A DNA stretch of 48,466 nt from a virus (taxonomy: Duplodnaviria; Caudoviricetes): positions 1 to 48,466 of the IMG/VR virus record IMGVR_UViG_3300020440_000022. One strand, 5' to 3'. Under the pieces are notes generated by a model. It worked only from the letters and a program-made list of their open reading frames with translations. It ran no database searches and was not told the DNA's origin. Both the position numbers and the translations under genes were made by a program. Of the stretch, positions 1-7,474 are shown piece by piece. Within the stretch, counting starts at the first letter, position 1. Each line of letters starts with the position of its first letter.

Positions 1-1817
1 GTTTTTACAACATTTGACATCCCACTAATAAGTTCGTTTATTTGACCGGCAATTTCATTTTTTTCCTCTGTTGTTGTGGCTTCATTGTATTCAACTTTCA
101 ATTGTGCAATTTTGTTAAGAGTTGCTTGAAGAATTTCCTTTTGATTGCTACTAAATGCGTCTTCGTTGTCTTTGAGCATTTTTTCTACTACTGCAACTTG
201 AGATGCCGCAGTATCACTTACTATATTAAATAAACCTTCAACACCATCGCCGATCACTCCTGACAAAACTTTAGGATCCATTTGTAAACTATCTGCAAAT
301 TTTTTAAATCCACCTTCTAGTATAGGTCTTCCTGATTCAACAAACGCATCTACTGTTCCTGCCCTAGCATCTGCTACTGTGGCTATGCCTGCTGTAATAG
401 CATTCGTAATAGGCTGTTCTATAGCAGTTTTTTGATCAATAGCAATCTGTGATTTTGCAGCATCAAGTGCTAGTGCAAATCCTTGTACGCTTGTGGTTGC
501 TATACCTGCTTGCTCTCCCATTTTAGATAGTGCATCTGCAAACTTTCCGCCATTTTCTACTGCTTCAGCAGCTACATCACCTATGTCTGTAAGTCCTTTT
601 GTGGTTGCAATACTCAAATATGTTGAATCATTTTTTATTGTGTTAGCACTTGCAGCAGTTGCTTTTGCCATTAATTCTTGACCTTTAACAAAATCACCTG
701 CGTTCATTGCCGCAATAGCGTCGGACATCAAATTATAACTATCTCCAAACAAAGCCGCAGTACCGTGTTGACTTTTTGTAATCGCACCATTTGACGCTAT
801 CATAGTATCTGCCATTGCTTTAAGTTGAGGCGGCATTCCTTCAGTTGCTTTTTGCATTTGGTTAATACCTTCGGCAGCTCCTTCAATGCCTTGCATTTCT
901 AAAAGACGCACTCTAGCTTGTACATTACCTGCACTTTGTCTTTCCATAAGTTCGTCTTGCATTTCTTGTCTTGATTTACCTGTAAGTTTGGCTAAAACGT
1001 CTAGTTCTCTTACATAATTGGCAATAGACTGGCTCTGTTGTTGTGCAGACATATTTTGAAAACGTGTGTTACGTCTCTGCATGTCTAAATAATCAACAGT
1101 AAAATCGTTTATTTCTTCTAATCCTACACCCATGTTCTGCAGTTGTAAATTTAATCTGCTATCAAATAATGCTCTGCTTACTTGTGTAAAGGCTCTAGCA
1201 CCTTCTGTGACTCCTCCTCCTAGAGCATTTAATTTTTCGGAATTTTTTGCAACCATGTTGGCAAATTGATCCAAAGTCATTCTTGCTCCGGCTGCATTTT
1301 GTTGTAATTCTAATAAGTCTCCGCCAAAATCTGCACCTACATCACTCAGTCCTTTGTATGTTTCATAGGTGTTGTTCATGAAACCTATAGTTTCATTTAC
1401 CGCTGTACCCATACGTCCTAGAGCACTATTTTGATTTACTAGACTCTGGAAGTTTTTGGTTAGCATGCCGGTGTGGGACATAAGACCCATTTCACCGTTG
1501 AGTAATGCTATTGCATGTTTGTCTAGTCTACTGGCAACACCGATAGCTGCCAGTCCCATTTGATCATTGTTGGCTGCAAACGCAGTTCCGTAGGTATTGA
1601 GTATACTTTCTAATGATAGGAATTTTTTAGAAACACCACCTATACCAGTAAGTATTCCGGTGCCTTCTATACCTTTGCTACTGCTTCCTCCGCCGTCGCC
1701 GCCGGATCCGCCGCTAGACGAACTACCCATACTACCTTTGCCGCCAGCCTGAAAATCCTTGTGCAATACATTTCTCAGTGCTTTTTCAAGTGCGGCCGCT
1801 AATTCAGCTTCGTCCAT
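1..1817 (-). CDS. Tail tape measure-like protein (runs off the window start)
   Basis: Not in the ORF track because no stop lies in the window. ATG at 1817 with AGGAG at 1826-1830 (minus). Hand translation MDEAELAAALEKALRNVLHKDFQAGGKGSMGSSSSGGSGG...FGGDLLELQQNAAGARMTLDQFANMV...LDVLAKLTGKSRQEMQDE; still in frame at the window edge (NEIAGQINELISGMSNVVK). Ala/Gly/Gln-rich and helical; sits next to a baseplate hub assembly gene. Confidence 0.7.
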   Translation of the reverse strand, partial: MDEAELAAALEKALRNVLHKDFQAGGKGSMGSSSSGGSGGDGGGSSSKGIEGTGILTGIGGVSKKFLSLESILNTYGTAFAANNDQMGLAAIGVASRLDKHAIALLNGEMGLMSHTGMLTKNFQSLVNQNSALGRMGTAVNETIGFMNNTYETYKGLSDVGADFGGDLLELQQNAAGARMTLDQFANMVAKNSEKLNALGGGVTEGARAFTQVSRALFDSRLNLQLQNMGVGLEEINDFTVDYLDMQRRNTRFQNMSAQQQSQSIANYVRELDVLAKLTGKSRQEMQDELMERQSAGNVQARVRLLEMQGIEGAAEGINQMQKATEGMPPQLKAMADTMIASNGAITKSQHGTAALFGDSYNLMSDAIAAMNAGDFVKGQELMAKATAASANTIKNDSTYLSIATTKGLTDIGDVAAEAVENGGKFADALSKMGEQAGIATTSVQGFALALDAAKSQIAIDQKTAIEQPITNAITAGIATVADARAGTVDAFVESGRPILEGGFKKFADSLQMDPKVLSGVIGDGVEGLFNIVSDTAASQVAVVEKMLKDNEDAFSSNQKEILQATLNKIAQLKVEYNEATTTEEKNEIAGQINELISGMSNVVK

Positions 1818-1845
1818 ATATTAAACTCCTATATTATATATACCA

Positions 1846-1870
1846 ATAAATATCTATATAAACTATTTAT
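1846..1870. promoter_or_regulatory. Pair of oppositely oriented late-promoter-like boxes (ATAAATA)
   Basis: ATAAATA at 1846-1852 (+, upstream of 1883) and at 1864-1870 (-, upstream of 1817); similar to the T4 gp55 consensus TATAAATA. Confidence 0.6.
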
Positions 1871-1882
1871 CGAGGATTTAAT

Positions 1883-2719
1883 ATGAGCAGTTTTCTTTCA
1901 AAATACAAAAGACAACCCAAACTAATGATCGATCTGCCTAGCCTTGGAAGATACTACCCTGATGGTGTTTTACAAGATGGACAAGCAACTCAGTTGCCTG
2001 TTTTTGGTATGACAGCCGCAGACGAAATAACAGTCAAAACACCAGATGCACTATTTTCAGGTGCTGCAACAGCACAAATTATAAGCAGTTGTATACCAAA
2101 CATACTAGATCCTTGGCAAATGCCTACAATCGATATAGATTACTGCCTAACAGCAATAAGAATAGCCACGTATGGTAGCACCATACCTATGACAGTAAAA
2201 TGTCCGCTGTGTACAACAGAACAAGAATTAGATCTTAATTGTTCTAATCTGTTGGAAACACAGGGTGCTAAAGAGTTTGACGACACACTCAAAATAGAAG
2301 ATCTTGTGTTTAAATTACATCCTATAACTTATAAAACACAAACTGATCTTAATATTCAATTGTATACTATTCAACGTCAATTGAGTGAAATACCTACAGA
2401 ATGGACTGAGGAACAAAAAAATGAAACCATTAAAAAGTTGCTACTAGATGCAGGCAATGTAAACATCAAAGTAATGATGAGTTATATACAATCGATAAGT
2501 GATCCAGAAAACGAAGAAAGAGACAGAGCAGAAATAGCAGAATTTATCAATCAAAGTGATAGTTTATTTTTTAACAAACTCAAAAGTCATGTAGAAAAAA
2601 CAAAAAAATACTGGGAACACAATAAAATAGATGTAACCTGTAGTAACCAAGAATGTAAACATGAATTTAAGACAGACGCAAATTTGGATTACTCGAGTTT
2701 TTTCGCGCCCGCATCTTAA
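1883..2719 (+). CDS. Baseplate hub assembly / tail assembly chaperone, T4 gp26-like
   Basis: Motifs LPSLGRYYP, MTAADEI, IDIDYCLTAIRIATYG and two Cys pairs (CPLC, CSNQEC), ending in ...YSSFF; typical of the gp26/gp51 family. GAGG RBS upstream. Confidence 0.75.
   Translation: MSSFLSKYKRQPKLMIDLPSLGRYYPDGVLQDGQATQLPVFGMTAADEITVKTPDALFSGAATAQIISSCIPNILDPWQMPTIDIDYCLTAIRIATYGSTIPMTVKCPLCTTEQELDLNCSNLLETQGAKEFDDTLKIEDLVFKLHPITYKTQTDLNIQLYTIQRQLSEIPTEWTEEQKNETIKKLLLDAGNVNIKVMMSYIQSISDPENEERDRAEIAEFINQSDSLFFNKLKSHVEKTKKYWEHNKIDVTCSNQECKHEFKTDANLDYSSFFAPAS
2698..2704 (+). other. Candidate -1 programmed ribosomal frameshift heptamer T TTT TTC
   Basis: Fits X XXY YYZ in the correct phase (agT TTT TTC gcg), four codons before the TAA; the -1 frame reads FFRARILTLSHSDLLKLDKDMELEIK... 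with no stop until 2937. Confidence 0.7.
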
Positions 2720-2757
2720 CACTCTCTCATTCTGACCTCTTAAAACTAGACAAAGAC

Positions 2758-2937
2758 ATGGAGTTGGAAATCAAACAGCTCAAGGACAATATCTTTAGGA
2801 TTGGTTGGCACATGCGAGGAAGTATCTCTTATGAAGATCTATTCCATACACTATCTCAAGAAGATTTTGAAATACTCAATAGGATTATCAAAGAACAGAT
2901 AGAAACTGTTAACAAAACAGGATTACCTATACTATAG
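2758..2937 (+). CDS. 59-aa gp51-like ORF, probably the -1 frameshift extension of 1883..2719
   Basis: Below the ORF-track cutoff. MELEIKQLKDNIFRIGWHMRGSISYEDLFHTLSQEDFEILNRIIKEQIETVNKTGLPIL, stop TAG at 2935-2937. The frame is open upstream to the slippery site at 2698 and there is no clear SD before the ATG. Confidence 0.7.
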   Translation: MELEIKQLKDNIFRIGWHMRGSISYEDLFHTLSQEDFEILNRIIKEQIETVNKTGLPIL

Positions 2938-3988
2938 TTTTCTTTGCTAGTTGTTTTTTCTTGGCTGTGCTTATAGGAAGATCTTGAATTACTTGTTGAG
3001 CAGTTTTTCTTCCTCTTTTCTTGTCTATGTGTTTGACAAAATCAACAACGCCTTTTTCATGCAAAATATCTCTTGCAACAAGATCTTCTAGCACAACTTC
3101 TGCGTCTGATGTCTTACTGTCTGTGAAAGTTTGTGGTTGTACTCTAGTGTCACCGCTTCCGGCCATAGGACCATCTACGGGCTTTTCAGGTGCAACATAT
3201 GTGCCGCTTTCTATTGATCCTAGTAGTGAGTTCAATCGTTCAAATGAGTCAACAACTTCTGGGTTTTTTGTTGTGGTTTCTTTTATTACCTCTTCTGTTT
3301 CCGGAATAAACAGTTGAGTAATCAAATAGACCACTGCACTTATACCTAAATAGTATAGTATCTCTGTGCCTATCCATGTTGCTATACTAGGAATCGCAAC
3401 AAGCAAACTTGCTCCAGCTGTAGAGATTGATGACATCAAACTTGCAAGACTTATACCCTTGGCACCACGTTTGATGTTTTTAACTAGTTTGGCTCCCCAC
3501 ATAGCTTTAACACTAGATGTTATAGTGTTTTTGACAGCACTGATGTTTTTTAAACCTTTATAGCCGTACTTGATAAAAATATAAGTGCTTCTGAGAGCTG
3601 TAACACCAGTTTGCGTTGCAGCGCCTGCATAAGCAGCCACTACATCTGTTCTTGAAGAATCATCTCGTACATGAATTGCTATAGCATTTGCCCACGAAAC
3701 ATAAGTTAATACTGTAGCAGCTCCTATTTTGACTGTGAATTTGCCTAGATCTTTAGCAACGCCGTGAGCTGCCTTACCAAGATCATCGGTTGCTTGTTGA
3801 GCTTTTTTTGCTATAAGAGGCGCGGCTTTTTTAGCATCCTTTGCATCAAAGGTTTTTCCGTCAACTTCTATATTTCTAGTAACAGGATCAACTTTTACAC
3901 CTTTGGTAAAATCTACTTTTACCACATTATTTTTGCGAGGAGGTATTTCAGGAGGATCTTGTTCTTTAAGAATGTCAAATACACGCAT
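2927..3988 (-). CDS. Hypothetical membrane-associated protein
   Basis: 353-aa ORF with AAGGA RBS and an upstream ATAAATA; hydrophobic segments (IGAATVLTYVSWANAIAI; LLVAIPSIATWIGTEILYYLGISAVVYLITQLFI). No family recognised. Confidence 0.7.
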   Translation of the reverse strand: MRVFDILKEQDPPEIPPRKNNVVKVDFTKGVKVDPVTRNIEVDGKTFDAKDAKKAAPLIAKKAQQATDDLGKAAHGVAKDLGKFTVKIGAATVLTYVSWANAIAIHVRDDSSRTDVVAAYAGAATQTGVTALRSTYIFIKYGYKGLKNISAVKNTITSSVKAMWGAKLVKNIKRGAKGISLASLMSSISTAGASLLVAIPSIATWIGTEILYYLGISAVVYLITQLFIPETEEVIKETTTKNPEVVDSFERLNSLLGSIESGTYVAPEKPVDGPMAGSGDTRVQPQTFTDSKTSDAEVVLEDLVARDILHEKGVVDFVKHIDKKRGRKTAQQVIQDLPISTAKKKQLAKKTIV

Positions 3989-4004
3989 ACTTCTGTTCCT
4001 TATA

Positions 4005-4026
4005 TTTTATTTATCGATAAATAAAA
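4005..4026. promoter_or_regulatory. Perfect 22-bp palindrome holding back-to-back late-promoter-like boxes
   Basis: TTTTATTTATCGATAAATAAAA; ATAAATA on each strand points to the divergent genes starting at 3988 (-) and 4054 (+). Confidence 0.65.
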
Positions 4027-4053
4027 CTAATAAGTTTATAGGAGAATCTATAT

Positions 4054-4371
4054 ATGCACTATTTGGTAAGAACACTTGCAAACACAGGGTGCTCTAATCT
4101 CACAGAATGGAATGCTTCAGCTGTAATCAGTGAAATGACACAAATTTACAATGACTACACAGGCAACAAAGTTGAAATGCTAACAGGTGCTTCATCAAAC
4201 AATTCAACCATGAGAGTGACATTTACTTTTAACACAGCTGAAGAGCTAACAGCTTTTGCCAACTATTTTAGAACATCACGTGATAGACGTGAAGCACATG
4301 GTATTACTCTTGTTGATGCTATTGATTTTTCAGAAGATGCATTATATAACACTTGGTTAAGTAGTTATTAG
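4054..4371 (+). CDS. Hypothetical protein
   Basis: 105-aa ORF with AGGAG RBS, an upstream ATAAATA and a hairpin right after the stop. Confidence 0.7.
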   Translation: MHYLVRTLANTGCSNLTEWNASAVISEMTQIYNDYTGNKVEMLTGASSNNSTMRVTFTFNTAEELTAFANYFRTSRDRREAHGITLVDAIDFSEDALYNTWLSSY

Positions 4372-4398
4372 AAATGAGCTAAAGCTCATTTGTTTTTT
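4372..4398 (+). terminator. Probable intrinsic terminator, possibly bidirectional
   Basis: AAATGAGC-TAAA-GCTCATTT hairpin (4372-4391) followed by GTTTTTT, immediately after the 4371 stop and between convergent transcription units. Confidence 0.55.
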
Positions 4399-4430
4399 CG
4401 CTTGCGCTCAAAAACATTTTTATTTACAAT

Positions 4431-4778
4431 AAAGTGCGAAGCACTTTTAGCTTCATGTAGATTGTTTCAGTCAGACGGAACCTACTAGCGGCTCCATCAT
4501 CTCGAAAACTTCATGTGAGTTCGTCACAGCCGAGACCGGAAGTAGGTGTTTGACTTTGCTACTGGGCTCTGACCTTTCCCAACCTACGTCGACATCACGA
4601 AAAAATTTGCAAAACCGCTTTACCGCTTCGCGGATTTCTTCGCTATCCCCCGCTTCGTTCCTAGTGCTAGGGGTTTTCGTAGCATACAGCCTGTTGAACT
4701 TCTCCACACCCATCGGCGATATTTCACGCAGAATCTTGGAGGATCGAGCAGCCTCGATCAAACAGTGTTCTTGTTTGC
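4431..4778 (-). ncRNA. Candidate large structured non-coding RNA of unknown class
   Basis: About 50% GC by hand count (4471-4770) in an AT-rich genome; ten or more complementary segments including crossing (pseudoknot) pairings; two stems close with G-U pairs only on the minus strand. Boundaries approximate. Confidence 0.6.
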
Positions 4779-5204
4779 CTATTTGTGTTCTAGTAGTGCT
4801 TTGCGCAATTTATCAGAACCGCCAACTCTAACATTAATAATACCATTATAATACTCATCCGTCTCTAACACACGGCGGTCAAATTGCTCTCTAGCCTCTA
4901 TGTAACTCATTTCTGCTCTGCTTTTGCAAAAATAAAGTATTTCCCTTGTGAATTTGTCCGGGCCTAACTCGTCTACGTCTGCCTGCAATCTATCTGAAGA
5001 TCCCCAATAGTCTCTCCAGTCACTTTCTTTGAAGCCTCGTCTTTTGTTTTTTCTGCCTTTGAGTGGTGGCTTTGTGGTTTTGAATTTTGATAGTTTTTTG
5101 CCTATGTACTTTTGTCCAGAGATAGTGTTTGTTATGAGATATACAAATCCTTCGTAATCATCTGATACTTCATTAATCTCTTTACCTTGGTAAGTCCATT
5201 GCAT
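4779..5204 (-). CDS. Stand-alone GIY-YIG family endonuclease
   Basis: GFVYLITN...KYIGKK (GIY-YIG), DYWGSS, FTREIL, conserved Glu helix (YIEAREQF) and YYN; no C-terminal NUMOD DNA-binding repeats. Confidence 0.8.
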   Translation of the reverse strand: MQWTYQGKEINEVSDDYEGFVYLITNTISGQKYIGKKLSKFKTTKPPLKGRKNKRRGFKESDWRDYWGSSDRLQADVDELGPDKFTREILYFCKSRAEMSYIEAREQFDRRVLETDEYYNGIINVRVGGSDKLRKALLEHK

Positions 5205-5212
5205 ATGGATAC

Positions 5213-5425
5213 TTAACCAACTTGATCAGTTTCTGCCTTCGGTTTTGAATTGTGTTTGTGATGTATTTCGTCCATTCTTTGTTTTGCAAGAGATCTTATT
5301 TCACGCAACCATTTTCTTGCTTCTCTGTGAGTCCGCACAGAATTTCTTACTTCAAATTTTTCACTTGCTTTGAAATACTCCATATATGCCTTTGTTAGTC
5401 TATCGTGGGTATCGTCGTTAATCAT
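5213..5425 (-). CDS. Small basic helical protein (possibly Hc1/histone-H1-like phage family)
   Basis: The ATG at 5425 overlaps the end of the upstream gene and is a better start than the track's 5470; YFKASEKFE...REARKWLREIRSLAKQRMDEI resembles small phage Hc1-like helical hairpins. Family call is weak. Confidence 0.55.
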   Translation of the reverse strand: MINDDTHDRLTKAYMEYFKASEKFEVRNSVRTHREARKWLREIRSLAKQRMDEIHHKHNSKPKAETDQVG

Positions 5426-5693
5426 GCCTAATTTTATTACTAATATACTTGAAAATTGGAATAAATGCAAGTCCTAATAAACAACCAAACGCAGTTCCAA
5501 ATGCTAGATCCCAACTTGCAGTAGTTGCACCGCCTAGAAAATCACTTAATGAATTTCCTAAACCAGCACCTACAACAGTTCCAACACCTTGTTGAAATTG
5601 GCTGGGTAGATATTTTTCTACACTCAGTCCGGTCATTGCACCTAAAATCATAATAGCATTATCTACAATGCCAAAAATGATAAAATCAATCAT
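5418..5693 (-). CDS. Small membrane protein, TMEM65/VIT1-CCC1-like
   Basis: Three hydrophobic Gly-rich helices with FGIVDNAIMI, GLGNSLSD and GCLLG, matching the order of motifs I recall in TMEM65 (FGFxDNxIMI, ALGNxxSD, GCxLG). AAGGA RBS. Confidence 0.65.
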   Translation of the reverse strand: MIDFIIFGIVDNAIMILGAMTGLSVEKYLPSQFQQGVGTVVGAGLGNSLSDFLGGATTASWDLAFGTAFGCLLGLAFIPIFKYISNKIRHD

Positions 5694-5701
5694 TATTTTC
5701 C

Positions 5702-7474
5702 TTACTCGACAATTTCTATGTCGTTTTCATATGATGTAAAGCCGTTTTCTTTGATCACTTTCATCACATGATTTACTCTTCCTACTAGTTCATCTTTATG
5801 AGAAATTAAAAATACATTTTTCTGTCTTTCTCTTCCCATTTTTTTAATTACACTTAAAGAACCTTCAACACCGGCAGTATCCATGCCGCTATCAATAAGT
5901 TCGTCGATGAACAATAAGTTGATATTTTGATATAAACTTTCCCACACATCGCGGAAAGCAAAACTCATTCCTAGTATTAGCCTGTTACGTTCTCCTCTTG
6001 ATAGATTATCAAAGTCGAGGTCTTGTCCTAGTTGTGTAATTTGTACTGAAAGATCGTTTTGAAACTCTACTTGATGAGGTAATCCTAATCTGTCTAGATA
6101 ATATGTAAGCCTGTTGTTTAGATAAGCAAGATTTTGGTCAATTATTTTTTTACGAATAAAACTATCTTTGTTAGTTAGAAGTTTTAACAAAAACTCTTGA
6201 TGATCTTTATAACTTGTAAGATCATTTACAGGAGACCAATCTATAATTTGAATTGCAGTATTGTTTAATTCGTCAATTTGTTGCTGATAAGGATCAGTTT
6301 CTTCTTGTTTGCTTACAAGTGCCTGTTTTAGATTTTCTACATTGTTTCTATGTTCATATGCTTCTTTTATGCTTTCATAGAATGTGTTTGGTCTACCGTT
6401 TATATCACCTATCTCTTGCAAATCATGGAATATTCCTTGCAGTGAGTCAGAAACTTCTTGTTGGTAATGCTGTGCGTCTTCAAATTCTTTTTGTTTTCTT
6501 TGCTCAAGTTCTGCTTTTTTATCATCGTGTAACGGTTGTCCACAAGTGTAACACATTGCTTCTTCTAAATTTATAATATCTTTACTTGCTTTTTCTACAG
6601 ATTTATTTGCTCGAAGTAGAGCACTTTCAAGTGTTCCTTTTTCTTTGTTAAGTGCGGTAATTTTATTGTTTAGCTCAGTCCAATTTTGCAATTTTTCATG
6701 TGCATCTAGTTCTGAATCAATATCAACTTCTTCAAGTTGCTCTATACCTTGTTCGATTTTTTCAACATCTTGTTTCTTTTTTGCAAGCCAAGCACGTTGA
6801 TTGTTTTGAAGACTATCAACAGTTGCTTGTATTTTTTCGTTTGCCGATTGTATTGCGTCTATTTTAAGTGTTTCTTGAGTTATTTTATCTTTTGTTTGTC
6901 GGACATTGTCCTTTAGTTTTTCCGCTTTTTCAGAAAGAATAGTAATACCAAGTAACTGTTCAATAATAGCACGTTGATCATTTTGTCGCATACTCAAAAA
7001 AGGTTCAGTATAGGTGTTTAGTGCAACAATGTGTTTAAACATGTCATGACTCATACCTAAAAGCGTGTCTATTTGTTCTTGAGTCTTGCGACTGTCACCT
7101 TGCGACTCATCAGTCATTTCTTGTTCTTGGTCGTTGATATAAAACTTCAATACATTAGGAGAACGTCCTCGTTCAATCCTGTAGTCTTGGCCGTCTTTAT
7201 CAAAGTGTAAGGTGACTAACATACCTTTAGAATTAGTCTTGTTTATAAGATTGTTTCTTCGTATGTTAGTCAGTGCCTGGCCGTACAGAGCGTAAGATAG
7301 TGCGTTGATTATTGTTGTTTTCCCTGTACCGTTTCGTGAGCCTGAATCGTCACCTCCTTGATCAAGATTTTCACCAAGCACGAGTGTTAGTTGCTCTTTA
7401 TTAAAGTCAACTGCTTGGGTTTGATTACCCACACTCATAAAGTTTTTTACTGTAAGATCTTTTATTCTTATCAT
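5702..7474 (-). CDS. gp46: Recombination endonuclease ATPase subunit (T4 gp46 / SbcC / Rad50-like)
   Basis: VKNFMSVG, Walker A NGTGKTT, coiled coil with zinc hook CYTC, signature LSRGE, Walker B LLFIDE, ISH switch. Confidence 0.95.
   Translation of the reverse strand: MIRIKDLTVKNFMSVGNQTQAVDFNKEQLTLVLGENLDQGGDDSGSRNGTGKTTIINALSYALYGQALTNIRRNNLINKTNSKGMLVTLHFDKDGQDYRIERGRSPNVLKFYINDQEQEMTDESQGDSRKTQEQIDTLLGMSHDMFKHIVALNTYTEPFLSMRQNDQRAIIEQLLGITILSEKAEKLKDNVRQTKDKITQETLKIDAIQSANEKIQATVDSLQNNQRAWLAKKKQDVEKIEQGIEQLEEVDIDSELDAHEKLQNWTELNNKITALNKEKGTLESALLRANKSVEKASKDIINLEEAMCYTCGQPLHDDKKAELEQRKQKEFEDAQHYQQEVSDSLQGIFHDLQEIGDINGRPNTFYESIKEAYEHRNNVENLKQALVSKQEETDPYQQQIDELNNTAIQIIDWSPVNDLTSYKDHQEFLLKLLTNKDSFIRKKIIDQNLAYLNNRLTYYLDRLGLPHQVEFQNDLSVQITQLGQDLDFDNLSRGERNRLILGMSFAFRDVWESLYQNINLLFIDELIDSGMDTAGVEGSLSVIKKMGRERQKNVFLISHKDELVGRVNHVMKVIKENGFTSYENDIEIVE

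Noticed and set aside
42-681. Short plus-strand ORFs 42..233 and 493..681
   Set aside because: Antisense shadows of the long minus-strand tape-measure-like frame.
4474-4498. GAGCCG...GGTTC hairpin resembling group II intron domain V
   Set aside because: Too short, with no bulge or domain VI, no interrupted gene and no reverse transcriptase in the window.
4372-4778. tRNA, tmRNA, RNase P RNA, group I intron or CRISPR array
   Set aside because: No cloverleaf or T-arm with CCA, no RNase P GAGGAAAGUCC box, no convincing P7 elements or flanking exons, and no regularly spaced repeats (only one 8-nt direct repeat).
4471-4831. ORFs 4471..4761 (-) and 4550..4831 (+)
   Set aside because: No RBS, atypical composition, and they lie over a GC-rich structured region where stop codons are rarer by chance; better explained as non-coding.
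4779-5204. GIY-YIG gene as a mobile homing endonuclease or intron ORF
   Set aside because: No DNA-binding extension and the neighbouring genes are intact.
5426-5470. Track start at 5470 for the small basic protein
   Set aside because: It overlaps the membrane-protein gene; the ATG at 5425 coupled to the upstream gene end is more plausible.
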